Origin: Trypethelium eluteriae | Lineage: Eukaryota | Length of the DNA stretch: 64,000 bases | Direction of reading: 5' to 3' | Assembly (NCBI GenBank): GCA_051942245.1 | Contig: JAVECL010000049.1 | Coordinates: forward strand, 1 to 64,000 | Shown here: positions 1 to 12,730 of the stretch, one piece after another | Layout of the letters: each line of letters begins with the position of its first letter | How positions within the stretch are numbered: position 1 is the stretch's first letter | Notes under the pieces: generated by a model | Seen by the model: only the letters and a program-made list of their open reading frames with translations | What the model was told of the DNA's origin: nothing | The model's database searches: none | Position numbers and translations under genes: made by a program

Positions 1-17
1 GTTTGTTGGGAGGTCAT
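1..17 (-). CDS. possible 5' end of a gene running off the left edge (MTSQQ...)
   Basis: Minus-strand ATG at 17 in a ccaccATG context, preceded by a CT-rich leader and a TATATA-like element near 90-96. Only 5 codons are visible. Confidence 0.3.
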
Positions 18-380
18 GGTGGAGGAGAGGGTATGGGGGTTGGAGGCGAGTTTGGGTGGTTCACGGACCGGACATTGGATGATGATTCAATATATACATT
101 ACCGGCCTTGGGCATTGCAAATAAAACCCATCTACCTAGTACCTACCTTAATTTGATATGATCAAAAATGACGTTATGCGGGGCAGCATCACTATCGAGG
201 CTAGGATAAAGGACCCCGCGGCATTCAGACATTGTCTCAAAGGCCTGAAAGACAAGTACTTTATTACAATTGATCCTGGAAACCAATCTAGAAAGTCACA
301 GAGAGGAAGACGAGAGCAATTGCGATGGCCTGCGAAGAGTTGAATACTAAGCTGGCTAATAGGGGTGATGGAGTGCACCT

Positions 381-2343
381 TCACTTCGAAGCATCCTCTT
401 TAATTAAGTCTGCACCCTTTTCAGCGACTGCATAAGTTGAGCTCATGATATTTCCTGGAGGTACATCAGTAAGGCCCTTTGGAGATGCAACTTTTTGGTC
501 TAAAGTGATGCTTACCTGATATGTGACTTGGGAAAATGCTTGCATCGACCACGCGAAGTCCACTGACCCCTTTCACTCTCAGCCTCGCGTCGACAACCTC
601 CCCTAAAGCAGCGGTACCAATAAGATGATATTGAGTACTGATATGGTTTCGAGCAAAGTCCATTCTCTCCTCCTCTGTCTCAAGACTTGCGTTCGCTGGA
701 GGGGTAACCCGCTCGCCTAGACTCTTTTTCAAGATCGGGACTTGAGACACCTTGTCCAACCAGCGCAAGCCAGCCGCGAAAATACGAACATCCGCCTCAT
801 TACGGAAATAGCCCGGATCAATCTGAGGCGTTTTGGTCGGGTCGGAGCTGGTGATGTGGACACTGCCGCGTGAGAGAGGATGTTCCAGACACAGAATCAG
901 AGAAATTCGATTTTTGCCCTCAGGTGGCTTGCTAAAGAATCCGACCTGGTCGCCTCCGGAAGACGTATCTAGCTGACAAGGAATGCAAAAGGCCTGCAGA
1001 TTTGCAAATGTGGGATCACTGAGCTGGTCGACGATCCCTTGCTCTTCTTTCTTCTCAAACGGCGTCTTTGCAAGCGAGTTCTCGCGAATGGACGAAAGTA
1101 TCTCCTTGTGTTCTTCCGGCGAAACAATCGATGCGTATGAGACAAATCCCATGCACATACCTGGACTTCCATATGGTCCTTTTTGAGTCTCATCGTACAT
1201 TTTTTGCTGTGCAGCCTGGTATTCAGCTCCGTGGAGTGCGTCCATAGATAAGATGCCGTCGGCACACTCGAAAAGCATCCCACCGAGCACATGATCTTGA
1301 AAGTTGGCGCCGACAGATTTGTTCTCGACAATGCAATTGATGCCTACAGAAGACAGAACCTCAGGGTCTCCAATTCCGGAGAGCTCCAGTAGCTGGGGTG
1401 ACTGAACTGCACCTGCGCTAAGGATGACCTCACGCGAAGCTTTCACCTGGTGTCTCTTACCGTCATGGATGAATTCTACGCCAGTGGCCCGTGGACCCCC
1501 GATGCCACCCTCCTCAAGCAAGACTTTAGAGGCAAGTGCTTCGGTCAAGACTTTAAGGTTTGGACGCCCCAGATTTGGTCTCAGGTATCCAGTCGCCGCA
1601 TAACTTCTGTTGCCTTTATCATCAGTCCGATCAACTGCGCCTAGACTACTGTAAAATCCCAGATGGTCTCCGCTCCAGGCATCCACCAGAGTGTTCTTGG
1701 TGCCGGTCACTTCGAGAGCAGCCTTACAAAAGTCGTCTTCGAGTGGCATGCGGTAGTCGTTGAAACTTGTATGGATAGGTCCAGAGTTTCCATGATATTT
1801 TTCTATCTCCGCGTGAGGCATGATTTGGGGGTCAGGGCTCCTGTAGCTGCTGTCTGGTGGGTCAAGTGTTTGATGCTTCCGGAAATACGGTATCATTCTC
1901 TCCCATGTCCACTCGTCACTTCCTGCGAGGGATGCCCAGAGATCATAATCCTTCCTTGAGCCTCTCACGTACATAAGGTAATTGATGGCACTCGAGCCGC
2001 CGAGAACCTTACCGCGTGGCATGGAATATGTCTTGTTACCAGCAGCCGGCTGCGGGACGCTTTGCATCATCCAATCATACTCTGGCCTGCCTATCAACTG
2101 AGGATAATTTGAAGGAGTCGAGATCTTCTTGTCGTCCATTCGGTTTTTGCCAGCCTCAATTACAGCGACCTTTATGTTCGGATCCTCTGTCAGACGTGCA
2201 GCAACCACCAAACCCGCTGTCCCACCACCTATGATAACATAGTCATATTGCTGGGAAATCAGCTCCGTCGCGCTACATAAGGCAGATCCCGAAGGATGGC
2301 TTGCGCTGTTAGTGTTGCTCGTATGAATCGCTGAAGGGGCCAT
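381..2343 (-). CDS. GMC oxidoreductase (AA3-type, choline/aryl-alcohol/glucose dehydrogenase-like), no obvious signal peptide
   Basis: GGGTAG FAD motif, PRGKVLGGSSAINY, SAGAVQSPQLLELSGIG, QYHLIGT, LRVVDAS. Likely start MAPSA at 2343. A GT-AG intron at 515-455 restores ...HISGNIMSSTYAVAEKGAD. Confidence 0.92.
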
Positions 2344-3717
2344 GTCGAGTAGTGTTGGAGGAAGGATATTCGCCTCACTCTTTGAAAGAAAGGAGCTAAG
2401 GAATACTCTATCTATATGGTACTTAAGAGCTTGATATAAACGGTCTAAACCGGTGAACCCCGCGCTATGGAAAAGCCATATGCGGAGTCTGCCAACCAAA
2501 GGTAAATTTTGGAAAACTCTCCGGCAACTTGAGAACCCAACGACGGGGATGTACCGCGGTCTTCCGAGCTTGATTAGTATCATGAAGCAGACGCTGCCTG
2601 ATGATTACCAACATACTGCAGCTTGGAATGGAATGTCCCATAACTCTTCCAACCATGTCTCGATGGATGGAGGTTCCCTTCTAAGATGGGAAGGACAAAT
2701 AAATTCTCACAGTACCTAGGCGAATATTGCACATAGCATGCCATCAGACGTTCGTGCAAAAAAGAGAGGCAGCACGTACTGGATGCAATCTGATTGGCGG
2801 CGAGTCCCCGCAGTGGGGTCTGAGTAGCTAGTTAGGTGCAGATCAGAGTGGGATGTCTTCTAGAGTTGCAGATCGCAGATCTATACTCTAACCCAACAGA
2901 GTGCTGCCCGGTGCGGCACGCAACACATAATTTTGGCGAATGAAGAAATGACGCTGTAAATATTGCGGTAAGTTTGGTCCCTAGGTTTACGACAAAGCTT
3001 CAAATTTGGCATCTTCATCATCGAAAGAGTCAATGTGTAACGAACAGTGAATGACTAACCCTACCTCAGGCTGCAGGGTTAAAATACGGACTTCATTAGT
3101 ATCGGAGAGATTGCTGTAACTCTTGGGTTCCTGAGTAGGTACCCTCTGTCCTTGAGCGATATCCCCGGTCTTACAGGTTATCGTGGAGTGAAAGATAGGG
3201 AGCAGAGAGGAGTCAATCGCTTTTCAACAAAGTAGAGCAGTTAAACTTGGACTGGGGCATCCATAGAAAGAGCTCAGACGCTCTGTCAACTGCGCTGTCA
3301 TGATCTGATTCTCGCCTGGTCCAAGCGCAGTCTTTGGCAAATGTTGTGGTTGTAAGCGCGGAAGGCTGAAACCTTTCCACAGCCATGACAAGGTCCGAGA
3401 GGGAGTGTTTGCACAGGAGTGCAACCATTGGATAGCGGCGCGGTCAATCTTGGGTGCAGGTGCTAGCGCGATTAGGGTTGGTGAAAAGGCGTAGGGGTAA
3501 TACCCAATTGGGGTGGGTCTCGGCGGATTCTCGGCTGGGTATTGGGTAGAATACTAGATTAGCTTTTGGACAAAATAGAAACCTCTTGCATTGGGTATTA
3601 GATTAAGCTTTTGGAAGCAGAGAAAAATGGCGCTTCGGATTTCGATGAGTCAGGATATCTTACATGTGTCTGTGCAAGGAGAAAATATCAAGAGATTGCA
3701 GGGAGCGCCAAACCTTA

Positions 3718-4581
3718 TTATGGGATATCATTAGAATGCTTAGAGGCCGTATGAGTGGCTGGAGCACAAGAGTTGGGTTCATCCGTGATATGTTGTGTAG
3801 GAAGCCAAGTAGTAGACTTCTGAGAAACCTCCCCTTCCAATAACTGTGGCTGCTGGTGCCGCTCTTCAGCCTGGTCTATTTTTTTGAGCAAGAAACCAAT
3901 TGAAGCATCTCTGGCTCTTTCCAGCGTCTTCAAACTCTGGAGTGGCATGCTGTCGTAATCAAGTGACTTTGTCGGAGTCGGTGGATTTGCCGAACTGTCT
4001 GTCCCTTTTGATGCCGTACTCTCCTTCTCTGCCAGCAGACCTCGCAAAGTGGATATACTCTGGTCCCTTTCCCGTAGGACGTTTACTAGCTTATTTCTTT
4101 CATGTTCGTCGGCCTCTAGCCGCCGTTTCTTCTCTGCCGTCTCTGCAACAGCTTCCTTCCAGCGATGTATTGCTTCTTTTGCGCAGATTTCTATATGGGT
4201 GAACCGTATGGGACCGAGAAGTACGCCGCCATACCAGCGAGCGACTACGACCGCCCCTTCGACCTGTTCTGCCTCCAGGACCTTTTCAAGCCGTTTCCCA
4301 CCGTATTTTTCTCCATCATCATCAGAGCCAGTGACATAAAGCTGCTGAGAGCCAGCCGAACCAGTGAGAGATCGCTGATTGGAGGTCCTGCGCCAGCCAA
4401 GGATCCGGTGTGAGGCAGACTCGAACTCCTTTGAACTTTGTAAATCTTTGGGCTTGATGGTGGAGGAGAAATGTGCGACGAAAGTGGATGATCGGTCGTA
4501 AATGGAGTCCGATCGGAAGACGTCAGATGGTCCAGTAGCGATTGGAGGTGGAGATGGTGTGCGTTTGCGCTTGAGTGACAT
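3718..4581 (-). CDS. IMPACT/YigZ (UPF0029) family protein without an RWD domain, with a coiled-coil C-terminus
   Basis: DRSSTFVAH, ASHRILGWR, DDDGEKYGG, VVARWYGGVLLGPIRFTHI motifs. Start MSLKRKR. Confidence 0.85.
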   Translation of the reverse strand: MSLKRKRTPSPPPIATGPSDVFRSDSIYDRSSTFVAHFSSTIKPKDLQSSKEFESASHRILGWRRTSNQRSLTGSAGSQQLYVTGSDDDGEKYGGKRLEKVLEAEQVEGAVVVARWYGGVLLGPIRFTHIEICAKEAIHRWKEAVAETAEKKRRLEADEHERNKLVNVLRERDQSISTLRGLLAEKESTASKGTDSSANPPTPTKSLDYDSMPLQSLKTLERARDASIGFLLKKIDQAEERHQQPQLLEGEVSQKSTTWLPTQHITDEPNSCAPATHTASKHSNDIP

Positions 4582-4864
4582 TTCGAAACGGTCAATAGTA
4601 GAGAGAGGTACGATGGGACGGAGGATAGACAACGCTAGAGGTCTGCTCAGACTTGCGGAGAAATTGAAGGCGGGGAGGAGAGAACCTTGGCGACGTGATC
4701 GAATTGACCCGAACCACTTCACCTCCCTCAACCTAGTTCCAAACCATCTACAATTTACCGGGATCCACGATGCAGATCCGAAAAATGCAGGCGACTACAT
4801 ATGAGGGGCGCCACTGCAGCGACGTTGCTACGGCGGCGACTGGTGTAGATTATTCGCTGGCATC

Positions 4865-7860
4865 ATGGCCTGGCATCGTTCGCTGAAGCTCTACGCTTTG
4901 ATAGTGATTCCAGCAGTGTTGGGTCAAGCCACCTTCAATCCCAAAAATGCAGCTCAAGGTAGTTCAAGCTACTCATCTGCCCTCAGTCTCGATATCATAA
5001 ACTTGTTCAACAATCGTGGCTTTGCTATGACCCCTGGCGATGCTGATTTCGATGGCATTGGAAGTAAGTACTCCTTCTATAGTCAACATGATTGACGCAA
5101 AAGCACAACCTGTTCTGTTCATAATGTCCTGCCCTGCTCGAATTTTTGAGAATGAAAATCTTGAAGCTCTGGCCAGCAGAAGTAAAAAAGTCAAAGCAGA
5201 ACGTGAGGTGGGAGCTGAGCTTCAACCGTTGGCGAGCAACAGACTTTTGCTCGACCTGTCCTACACTACGCGGAATTAGCTTCTATTCGAGATGAGAAAG
5301 GCAGTCCACGTCCTAATTCTTTACAGGTGGCTATCCCGCGCAATATCTACCGCCGTCAAGCTTCATCTACAATGGTGTCAATTTCAGCTTCCCTCAATAC
5401 AAAACGACTGGGAATGATAATATGCTGGCGCAGGGCCAGACCCTTCAAATACCTCGGGGGAGGTATACGAGCGTCCATATGATGGCTGCCGCTGAGCAGG
5501 CAATTGCAACCGGCTCGATCAATGCCACCTATATTGACAATACAACCACGACAGGACCAGTCCTCGTAGACCCTTTCTGGGACTGGCCCTATCCCTACGG
5601 AGGCGACATAGTTTTCCCGTACTATCTAACAAATTCGAGTGTAGACTATAATAGGTCTATGATTTTTCAAACGATTAACTGGCTTGATTCAACTAAGGAG
5701 CTCGTTTCCTTACAATTGCCTGACGTTTCGGCCGGCGCTGCAAATAGTCCCGGAGGAGCGTCGGAAGATACGCGCCTCCATATATTTTCTGTCTCACTTA
5801 CTCCGGCTACTGGTACGGGTATCAGCCTTGAGGTACAGTACGCAAGATCCACACAGATGTGGTTCGAAGGTACCAACAAGACTCAAATCGTCGAGGTCAC
5901 CGTCAACAATGTGGGCTCTGAGTGGGTACTTGCCAACAACAGCGTGAAGGTGACAGTCTCTGCCCCAGGCTATACAACAGTGTCGCCTGGCATAATCAAT
6001 AGACTGCGCCCAGGCGATCAAGCCATCGTCCAACTCGGAGTGGTCAATAGCGGTGGCACAGTTGCTGGAGCTACTGGGAATGCTACGGTCCAAATATCGG
6101 GAGCCGGCGTCAATAGCGCCCCATACACGTTCAATGCGACATACGGTATCATCCCCTATGAATCTTCCTTCGACTCAATCTACGCGCACGAAGCGCCAAC
6201 ATGGTACAAGAATGCGAAATATGGGGCTTTCATCCACTGGGTATGAAAAGCATACCCCTGGCCACTGCGTCTTGCTTACGATAAATAGGGTGTATACAGT
6301 GTACCAGGCTGGGGAAATGTCGGAAAGAACGAATCGTATGCTGAATGGTATGATCTGACGCCCACAGCAATATCACCCTGATCTACTAACATCGCAAGGT
6401 ACTGGTGGGACATGAACCTAGGCCCGGATACGAGCGAGGAAACGTACCAATACAATTTAGCCACTTACGGGCCGAACCATAATTACGATGACTTTATCCA
6501 GAACTTCACTGCCTCAGTATTCAATCCGAAGGACTGGGTGGACCTTTTCAGTGACGCTGGAATGAATTACTTCGTCCAAGTGTCCAAGCATCATGACGGC
6601 TACGCGATTTTTGACCTTCCATCTAATGTATCGAACCGGACATCTGTGGCGCAATTTCCGCATCGAAATCTACTACAGGAGCTTTTCGATGCTGCGGCTC
6701 AGTACCAGCCGCAACTACACCGAGGCACTTACTTTAGTCTGCCAGAATGGTTCAATCCGGCATATGCCAAGTACGGATTCGGCCAGTGGCCTGGAGGTAA
6801 TGCCACAAATCCCTACACCAATCAGACACTGCCATATACAGGCTTTGTGCCCGTAGACGACTATGTATCGGACGTAATTCTACCCGAGATGCAAACATTG
6901 GCAAACATGGGGACGGAAATCATGTGGTGTGATATTGGTGGACCGAATCTGACTGCCGAATTCGCAGCGGACTGGTTTAATACCGCTGGCGGAGATGGCC
7001 GTCAAGTTGTTCTGGATAACCGATGTGGTCTACCCGGCGATTTTGACACGCCGGAATACGCACGTTATGACGCCGTGCAGGTTCGGAAATGGGAATCAAA
7101 CCTTGGCATGGATCCATTCTCGTATGGCTACAACAGAGCGACACCTGCGTCAGCATACCTATCCCCGCAGGGTATCGTCACGAGTCTAATGGACATTGTG
7201 AGTAAGAACGGTAATTTTTTGCTCGACGTTGGACCTACGGCGAATGGAACGATCATTGCAACTGAGCAAAACAATTTGCGGGCCACAGGACGATGGATTA
7301 GCAGCCATGCTGAGGCGATTTTCAACACGACTTACTGGTTCATTACCCCGGAAGAAGGAGACGCTGTTCGTTTTACGCAGAACTCGAATGCATTCTATAT
7401 CACCACACTCTACCCACCTAACGCAACACTGACTCTAGATTCACCGGTACCGTACGTGAATGGCGACCAAGTTACAGTCGTTGGGGGTAACATGAGCGGC
7501 ACTGTCGTTCCAACCCAATTGCTGAGCAACGGCAGCTTGCAGATGACAATCAGTGATGCCATACAGAAAGGAGACCAATACTCCTGGGTCTTCAAAATCC
7601 CGTTCGGGGGCATGACTTCCTCAAATTCCACCGCGAACGCCGATGCAAGTACAACGGCAACTGGAAGTGGCCCGAGTCAATCAAATGGTGCAGGATCAAA
7701 CGGAGGAACAGGTAGCAATGGAAGTAGTGGCATTCCGACAGGAAGCAATGGCCCAAATCAGTCCAATCAGCCCAGAAGCGGCGCTTCTGTTCCTCAAGCA
7801 AATTTGGGCGGGATGTATATTGGCGTTTTGGCTCTGCTTGTAAGCTATTACACTTATTGA
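4865..7860 (+). CDS. secreted alpha-L-fucosidase (GH29) with N-terminal extension and Ser/Gly-rich, GPI-like tail
   Basis: Signal peptide. WYKNAKYGAFIHWG, YAEWYW, SKHHDGY, WCD and GNFLLDVGP motifs. Introns at 5064-5326, 6241-6288 and 6348-6398 keep the frame. Confidence 0.92.
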
Positions 7861-8345
7861 GCACATCCGAATAAGACCATTGGATCTCAATCTCGTCATG
7901 CCATTCATGGCAACTCCCTGAGCTGTCCTGGCCCACCCCCGGCCTCACCTAGAGGCTACTCTACCACTGTCTTATTTCGAGCCAGGATTTGCTTTCGGGC
8001 TCTAGATTGAGGATCCTACTGAGAGGTGTCTCTTGTCATGATGATATCATGCTTCCTTTGGTAACGATCCAAGTGTCATTACCCTCAAGATCCCCAAATG
8101 CCTGTACATAGTGCTCAAAATTGAACACAATCGAAGAGACTCAAACTTGGTGACCATTGACAGACTAATCAGACTCAATCTTTGCCATAATAGTAAATGG
8201 TATCATTGAATACTAGCATGACTTGGCTACGCCATCGAGCTCCCAAAAAGCGCCATGTTGGAAAGCGACCCAGCATTAATAAGGAAAAAGTGCTATTGCA
8301 ACGCCTGGAGCAACACCTTCGGAACTTCGCAGGAGGAAAATGTGG

Positions 8346-9534
8346 TTACTGAATCGGAGCTTGAGCCGCGGAACTAATGGGTGCCCAGAAAGAGCTCATG
8401 TCGAAATTATTTGAACTGGTATCGAAAGGCATGAAGTTGGCACCCCCACCTCCACCGCCGTTATAGCTGCCAGCATTGTTAGCTATTGCCTCCGCTTTCA
8501 GAATTCCTGTGCCAATGTTCAATGCACTCTTGAACAGCATCTTGCCCAACCCACTGCTCTGCCGTTTACGTTGTGCTGGCAAAGCAGCAGGTGCACGAAC
8601 ACGAGGAGTCGGATTGTTGGCTGTACTTGGCGCAGGAGCTCGATGAACAACGGTCGGCGTCGGCTTAGGCGGGTTCTTGATATATTCGATGACGCTGGTG
8701 GTCACAGGCTGGCATTTCTCTTTCCATTCGTCGGGGATGTTGCCGTAGCATTCTCCATCGGCAAAGAAGGAGACGAAGTTCCCCGCCACAAATGGCGAAA
8801 GGGAGATGTACTACGAGCTTTAGCTCTCCTACAGCATATTTTATATGCTGGAGTCACTCACGATCAGGCCGTCAAAAGCTCCGGGCTTAAAAACTCCTGG
8901 TTGTCCTCCGCAGGCAAATTCATCAAAAGCTTTGTCCAGTTCTGGCGATGTTCCAGTGAGGTCGTAACTATAGCTGCCGTTTTCAGTGACCAAGAAGTAG
9001 CTGCCGGCGGTACCAAGTGCACAAAGTCTTGGTTGATCTTTGCCTGGTCCGCACTGCTGAGTCAAGAATTCTTCCAATGCGGGATGTTCAAGATCCCAGC
9101 ACCAGCCATTCTTGTCCCACGCGAAGAAGCACTTGCCCAGCCCGAAAACAACGCGTAACGTTGGGATGTTCCGCTTACAAGCCAATGGGGTACCGAGCCA
9201 TTCTTCAAGCAAGGGTGGAAGATTGTTTGCGCCTGAAGAGAATTCAGAGTCATGTCCATGTAGGCAAGAAATTCACCAAGGGCGTACCATAGGTATCGTT
9301 ACCCCCATATTTGGAGATAAAGCCCGCAAACTGAGCGCCATTGGGTCCCAGTGCGATGTTGTATAGATCCTTAGCCCAGCGGTCGTCAGACTTAAATATA
9401 ACGTCCGTGTAGGCAGGGAGGTTCTGCCTGCCCGCTCAGTCAGTAATGATTATCGAGCAGGAACTCTCGGTAGAACTCAGAAGGCACGCGGACTTACCAC
9501 GTCCACGCTCGGGGGGCGTTAAAGAAAAACCCAT
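8346..9534 (-). CDS. hypothetical protein, 4 exons, Pro/Gly-rich C-terminal tail
   Basis: ATG at 9534. Three canonical introns (about 9497-9424, 9289-9234, 8859-8810) join the ORF fragments into MGFSLTPPSVDVNLPAYTD...LGPNG...GLIYISLSPFVAGNF...APIQ*. Confidence 0.7.
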
Positions 9535-10550
9535 TGTTGGGGCCAAAAGCGAAACATGTAGTTGTTGCCATATCTCATTATACGCAAGCAATAATCTGTC
9601 AACAAGTGGCGTGGGCCGTCATCCACGTTGTAAAACTTGGAGGCTGAGGTTCCTTATGAGCCTGAACAGCCATGGCCAGGGCACTTCAGCTAAGATAACC
9701 ATGGTGTACGTGAGAATATTGACTAGTCTTAAAAAAGTTATGCGCGAGCGAAAATAAGAGAATACTGATTCTAGATGGTGTAGTGATCACCATTTCGCCC
9801 AGCTGTGATGGAAGGGTGTTGTTTAAAGAGGGAATGGTGGTTATGAATGGCTTGGCGATCGCCGCGCCTAGATTCGACTAGCACAACGGAGTAAGACTAG
9901 ACCAACAAAGCCCTTATGGTCTTGCCAGATAGGGCAGTACTTAGGCCACTATATGCTGATAAGGCCTCGAGTATACTAACTCTATTTGAGTCTCCTTAGC
10001 GACACCTTAGCTTGTGATATACGTCTGGAGGTTTACCATAGAAACTTAAAAGCAAGGGTTCTCGTTCTGGAACCATGACCCATGCTGCGAAGCCCAGGGT
10101 CTCAAGTGCAGGCTTGTCATCTGATTGCGCGTGGTTGATGAAGTCAATGAAATCAGAAACGAGATGGGGAATGATATGATGGATGCGATTAAGGGACTAA
10201 AAATGGTACTGAAGCCTGAGCGGCGCAGTGAGTGGTTAAGAGGAAGTTTGGGCGGCGGCTTGAATTGCTCTGTTGAGTCTAGTGTAGTTCTGCTAACCCA
10301 CTTAAATATCCAAGTTTGGTTGTTGTCAGCTGGGAGTAGAGGATAAGAGCTTGCCCAAGCCGATCGGCATGCATGCTTTATGGGCGGCACCCTCGAGAGA
10401 GACGTTCCATTTTGACACATGGATAACTATGGAGGAATAGATCCTCGAGACATATTCTTGCCAACTCTCAATGAAAGAAGTGGCAATGTTGAAACCGAAC
10501 CTGAGTTATCAGTACATCGAGGAGGAAATTCCTAGCTCAGCAAGAAACTT

Positions 10551-12183
10551 TCAGCGCTCGTTCTCTTCTTCATTGCTTTGATTCGACGACTTAGGATCCA
10601 GTTCATCTCTCCAAAGTCCTTTGGCAAACGGTAGCTCATTTTTGGACTGCAAGATGGTTTCTTTTAACCACCTTCCCTCGACCGTGGCCTCCCCTTGGAA
10701 AGCCTTCCACGCTAGTTTGATCGCCATGGCGCCAATATGCAGGGATCCTGCATCAAGCCTTGATCTCATAAATAAGTGATACGGCACAATACGACAGACG
10801 TTGAGCGCTGCAGTCTGGAGACGTTGAATATAGTGTCTTTGTTCCTCAATGAGATCGAGGCGCCGGGGAGCCGTCGGACCAAGATCCAACGGGAATACTT
10901 GAGGATCAAGCGATTCCTGTCGAGCCACTGCTAAAGGTGCAGGCGGAAGTACAGATACCGAGCTCATCAAGTCTAGGATGTGGATATGTATTGAGAAGTA
11001 GAGCATCATGGTCGTAGCAGCTGCCGGGCCGCTAAACTCCCAGGTTGGCACGGGAGGATCCCTGCTACTGGACGCCAGAGAAGGAAGTTCCGACGGACTG
11101 TCAGATCTCTCGCTCATTGCGTCTTGCAGGCCTTCACCCCACTGTTGCCGCCAAGTTTTGAGCTCTTCGAGTAGGCCCTTCCCTTCATTTAGTATGCTTG
11201 TCCGGAGTCGCAAAGCCGCGGCGCCTTGATCGTTTTCGAACAAGGCATATAGATCATCTCGGCGATTAAAGAGCGCTGGACAGTCTGCAAGGATGTTTAG
11301 GAGATCCTCATCCGTGTTCTTTTGGATGACATCAGATTTCCACTCAAGAGCTTTCCATTCGGGCCGTGAGAGAATACTAGGAATGTATGTGTTGAGTGAT
11401 CCAAAGATTAGCATGCGTCGAATACCCTGCAGAATCTGTCTTGAAAAAGGGTTGCGATGTGCTTCTGGTCCCCGCAATTCGAGCAAGCGCTCCATACCCT
11501 TAATGTGCATGAGCCATGAGAATTGGCCTGACGGGACGAATGTTTCTAGAAGACCCAGGGTAACCACGCAGAGAAGAACGTCATCTTCTTTGGCTTGTTC
11601 AGGGTCGCACAATGCTCTGTTTAGGGTTGTGAGGGTGAACCCGTAGAGCTGGTAACCTTGATGTTTAGTCTTATCATGTCGATGCTGATGTCCAAAGAAT
11701 GTAGTGGCTAGAGTGAGCAAAGCATCCCGGAGTAGGCTGTGCTCATTATTTTGCTGCCTTTCAAAGTCGACGAAGTTTAGCGCAAGATTTACAGGTCCCC
11801 CACGAAGTAAGAATTTTCTAGTGTATGAAATACAGAACGTTTCTCTGAAGGCCGACAGATGCAGAGCGGCGGGGACCTCTGCATCTGCTTCGAGAACAGG
11901 AAGTCCCTTAGGCTCAGCGGGCCGGCGCCTTTGCGTAGGGACTACCTTTTTACGTGGTCTCGCAAAGGATTGACTCGAATCTATAAAGACTGTGCCTCGT
12001 ACGCCGCTGCAGTCCAAACCGTGGCGTTCACAGCGTGCACAAATGGGCTGCTTCTCATCTACCGTCGTAATCGCAAAATTAGCCCGAATAATCACGCCGA
12101 AGGAAGAGTGCATGCTTACCGCACTTTACCTTGCGTCGACGACACGTCGAGCAGCCTTTGGAGCGACCTGCAACATTGACCAT
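10551..12183 (-). CDS. Zn(II)2Cys6 transcription factor with fungal-specific TF middle domain
   Basis: MVNVAGRSKGCSTCRRRKVKC, then intron 12119-12059, then DEKQPICARCERHGLDC gives the full six-Cys cluster. WLMHIKGMERLLELRGP is typical of this TF group. Confidence 0.92.
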
Positions 12184-12730
12184 GACTTATTTACCGGAAT
12201 TTGTTATGGCAGTCTTCGGATTGGTGCGATGAGTTTGAGTTTGGATGAAAAATGACCTGCATCCGGTGAGGGCTACCCATTTCCCCCATTTGTACGCAGC
12301 AGGAAATTGACCTGAACAGCGTCATAAAATTGTCATTATGGGCTTAAGTCCGAGTTAAGACTTCCGCTCTGGTATCAGAAGGAGAGTGGGATAAGGCAAA
12401 GATGGAGGGGGGAAGGAAAGGACAGGGATACTCGCCCATTCTGCTCTTTTTGGTAAAGCCGATATCCAGCCGCGCGTCGACTTTCCGTCCTTCTGAAACA
12501 CCTCTTCTTCTCATTTTGGTTTCTTTGATATTTCAGAGTTCCCCGGCTTCGTCGGACTATACGACAACGCAAAAATGTCCAATCTTGACATTCCGAGTAG
12601 GTCTGCAGAGAGAATGCGGTATAAAAGGGCGAGGAAGAGGGTACGGTAGGACAAAGATTCAAGCCAGCAAGCTCCCTATCTATTGCCCTCAGCTATCTTC
12701 ATTGCTGGAAATCATTTCCAACTCAACACC

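Noticed and set aside
2344..2583. N-terminal 80-aa extension of the GMC ORF in the ORF track
   Set aside because: It begins at a non-ATG codon and runs through TATA-like promoter sequence. The ATG at 2343 is the more plausible start.
3056..3479. Telomerase-RNA template-like words (CTAACCCTA near 3056 on +, AACCCTAA near 3472-3479 on -)
   Set aside because: 8-9-mers of this kind are expected by chance in this much intergenic DNA. The + strand one doubles as a branch site, and I could not identify a pseudoknot or CR4/5 domain. A covariance-model search would be needed.
3541..3615. Imperfect direct repeat (ttgggta...tagatta(a)gcttttgga twice)
   Set aside because: Only two short degenerate copies, with no array or element structure.
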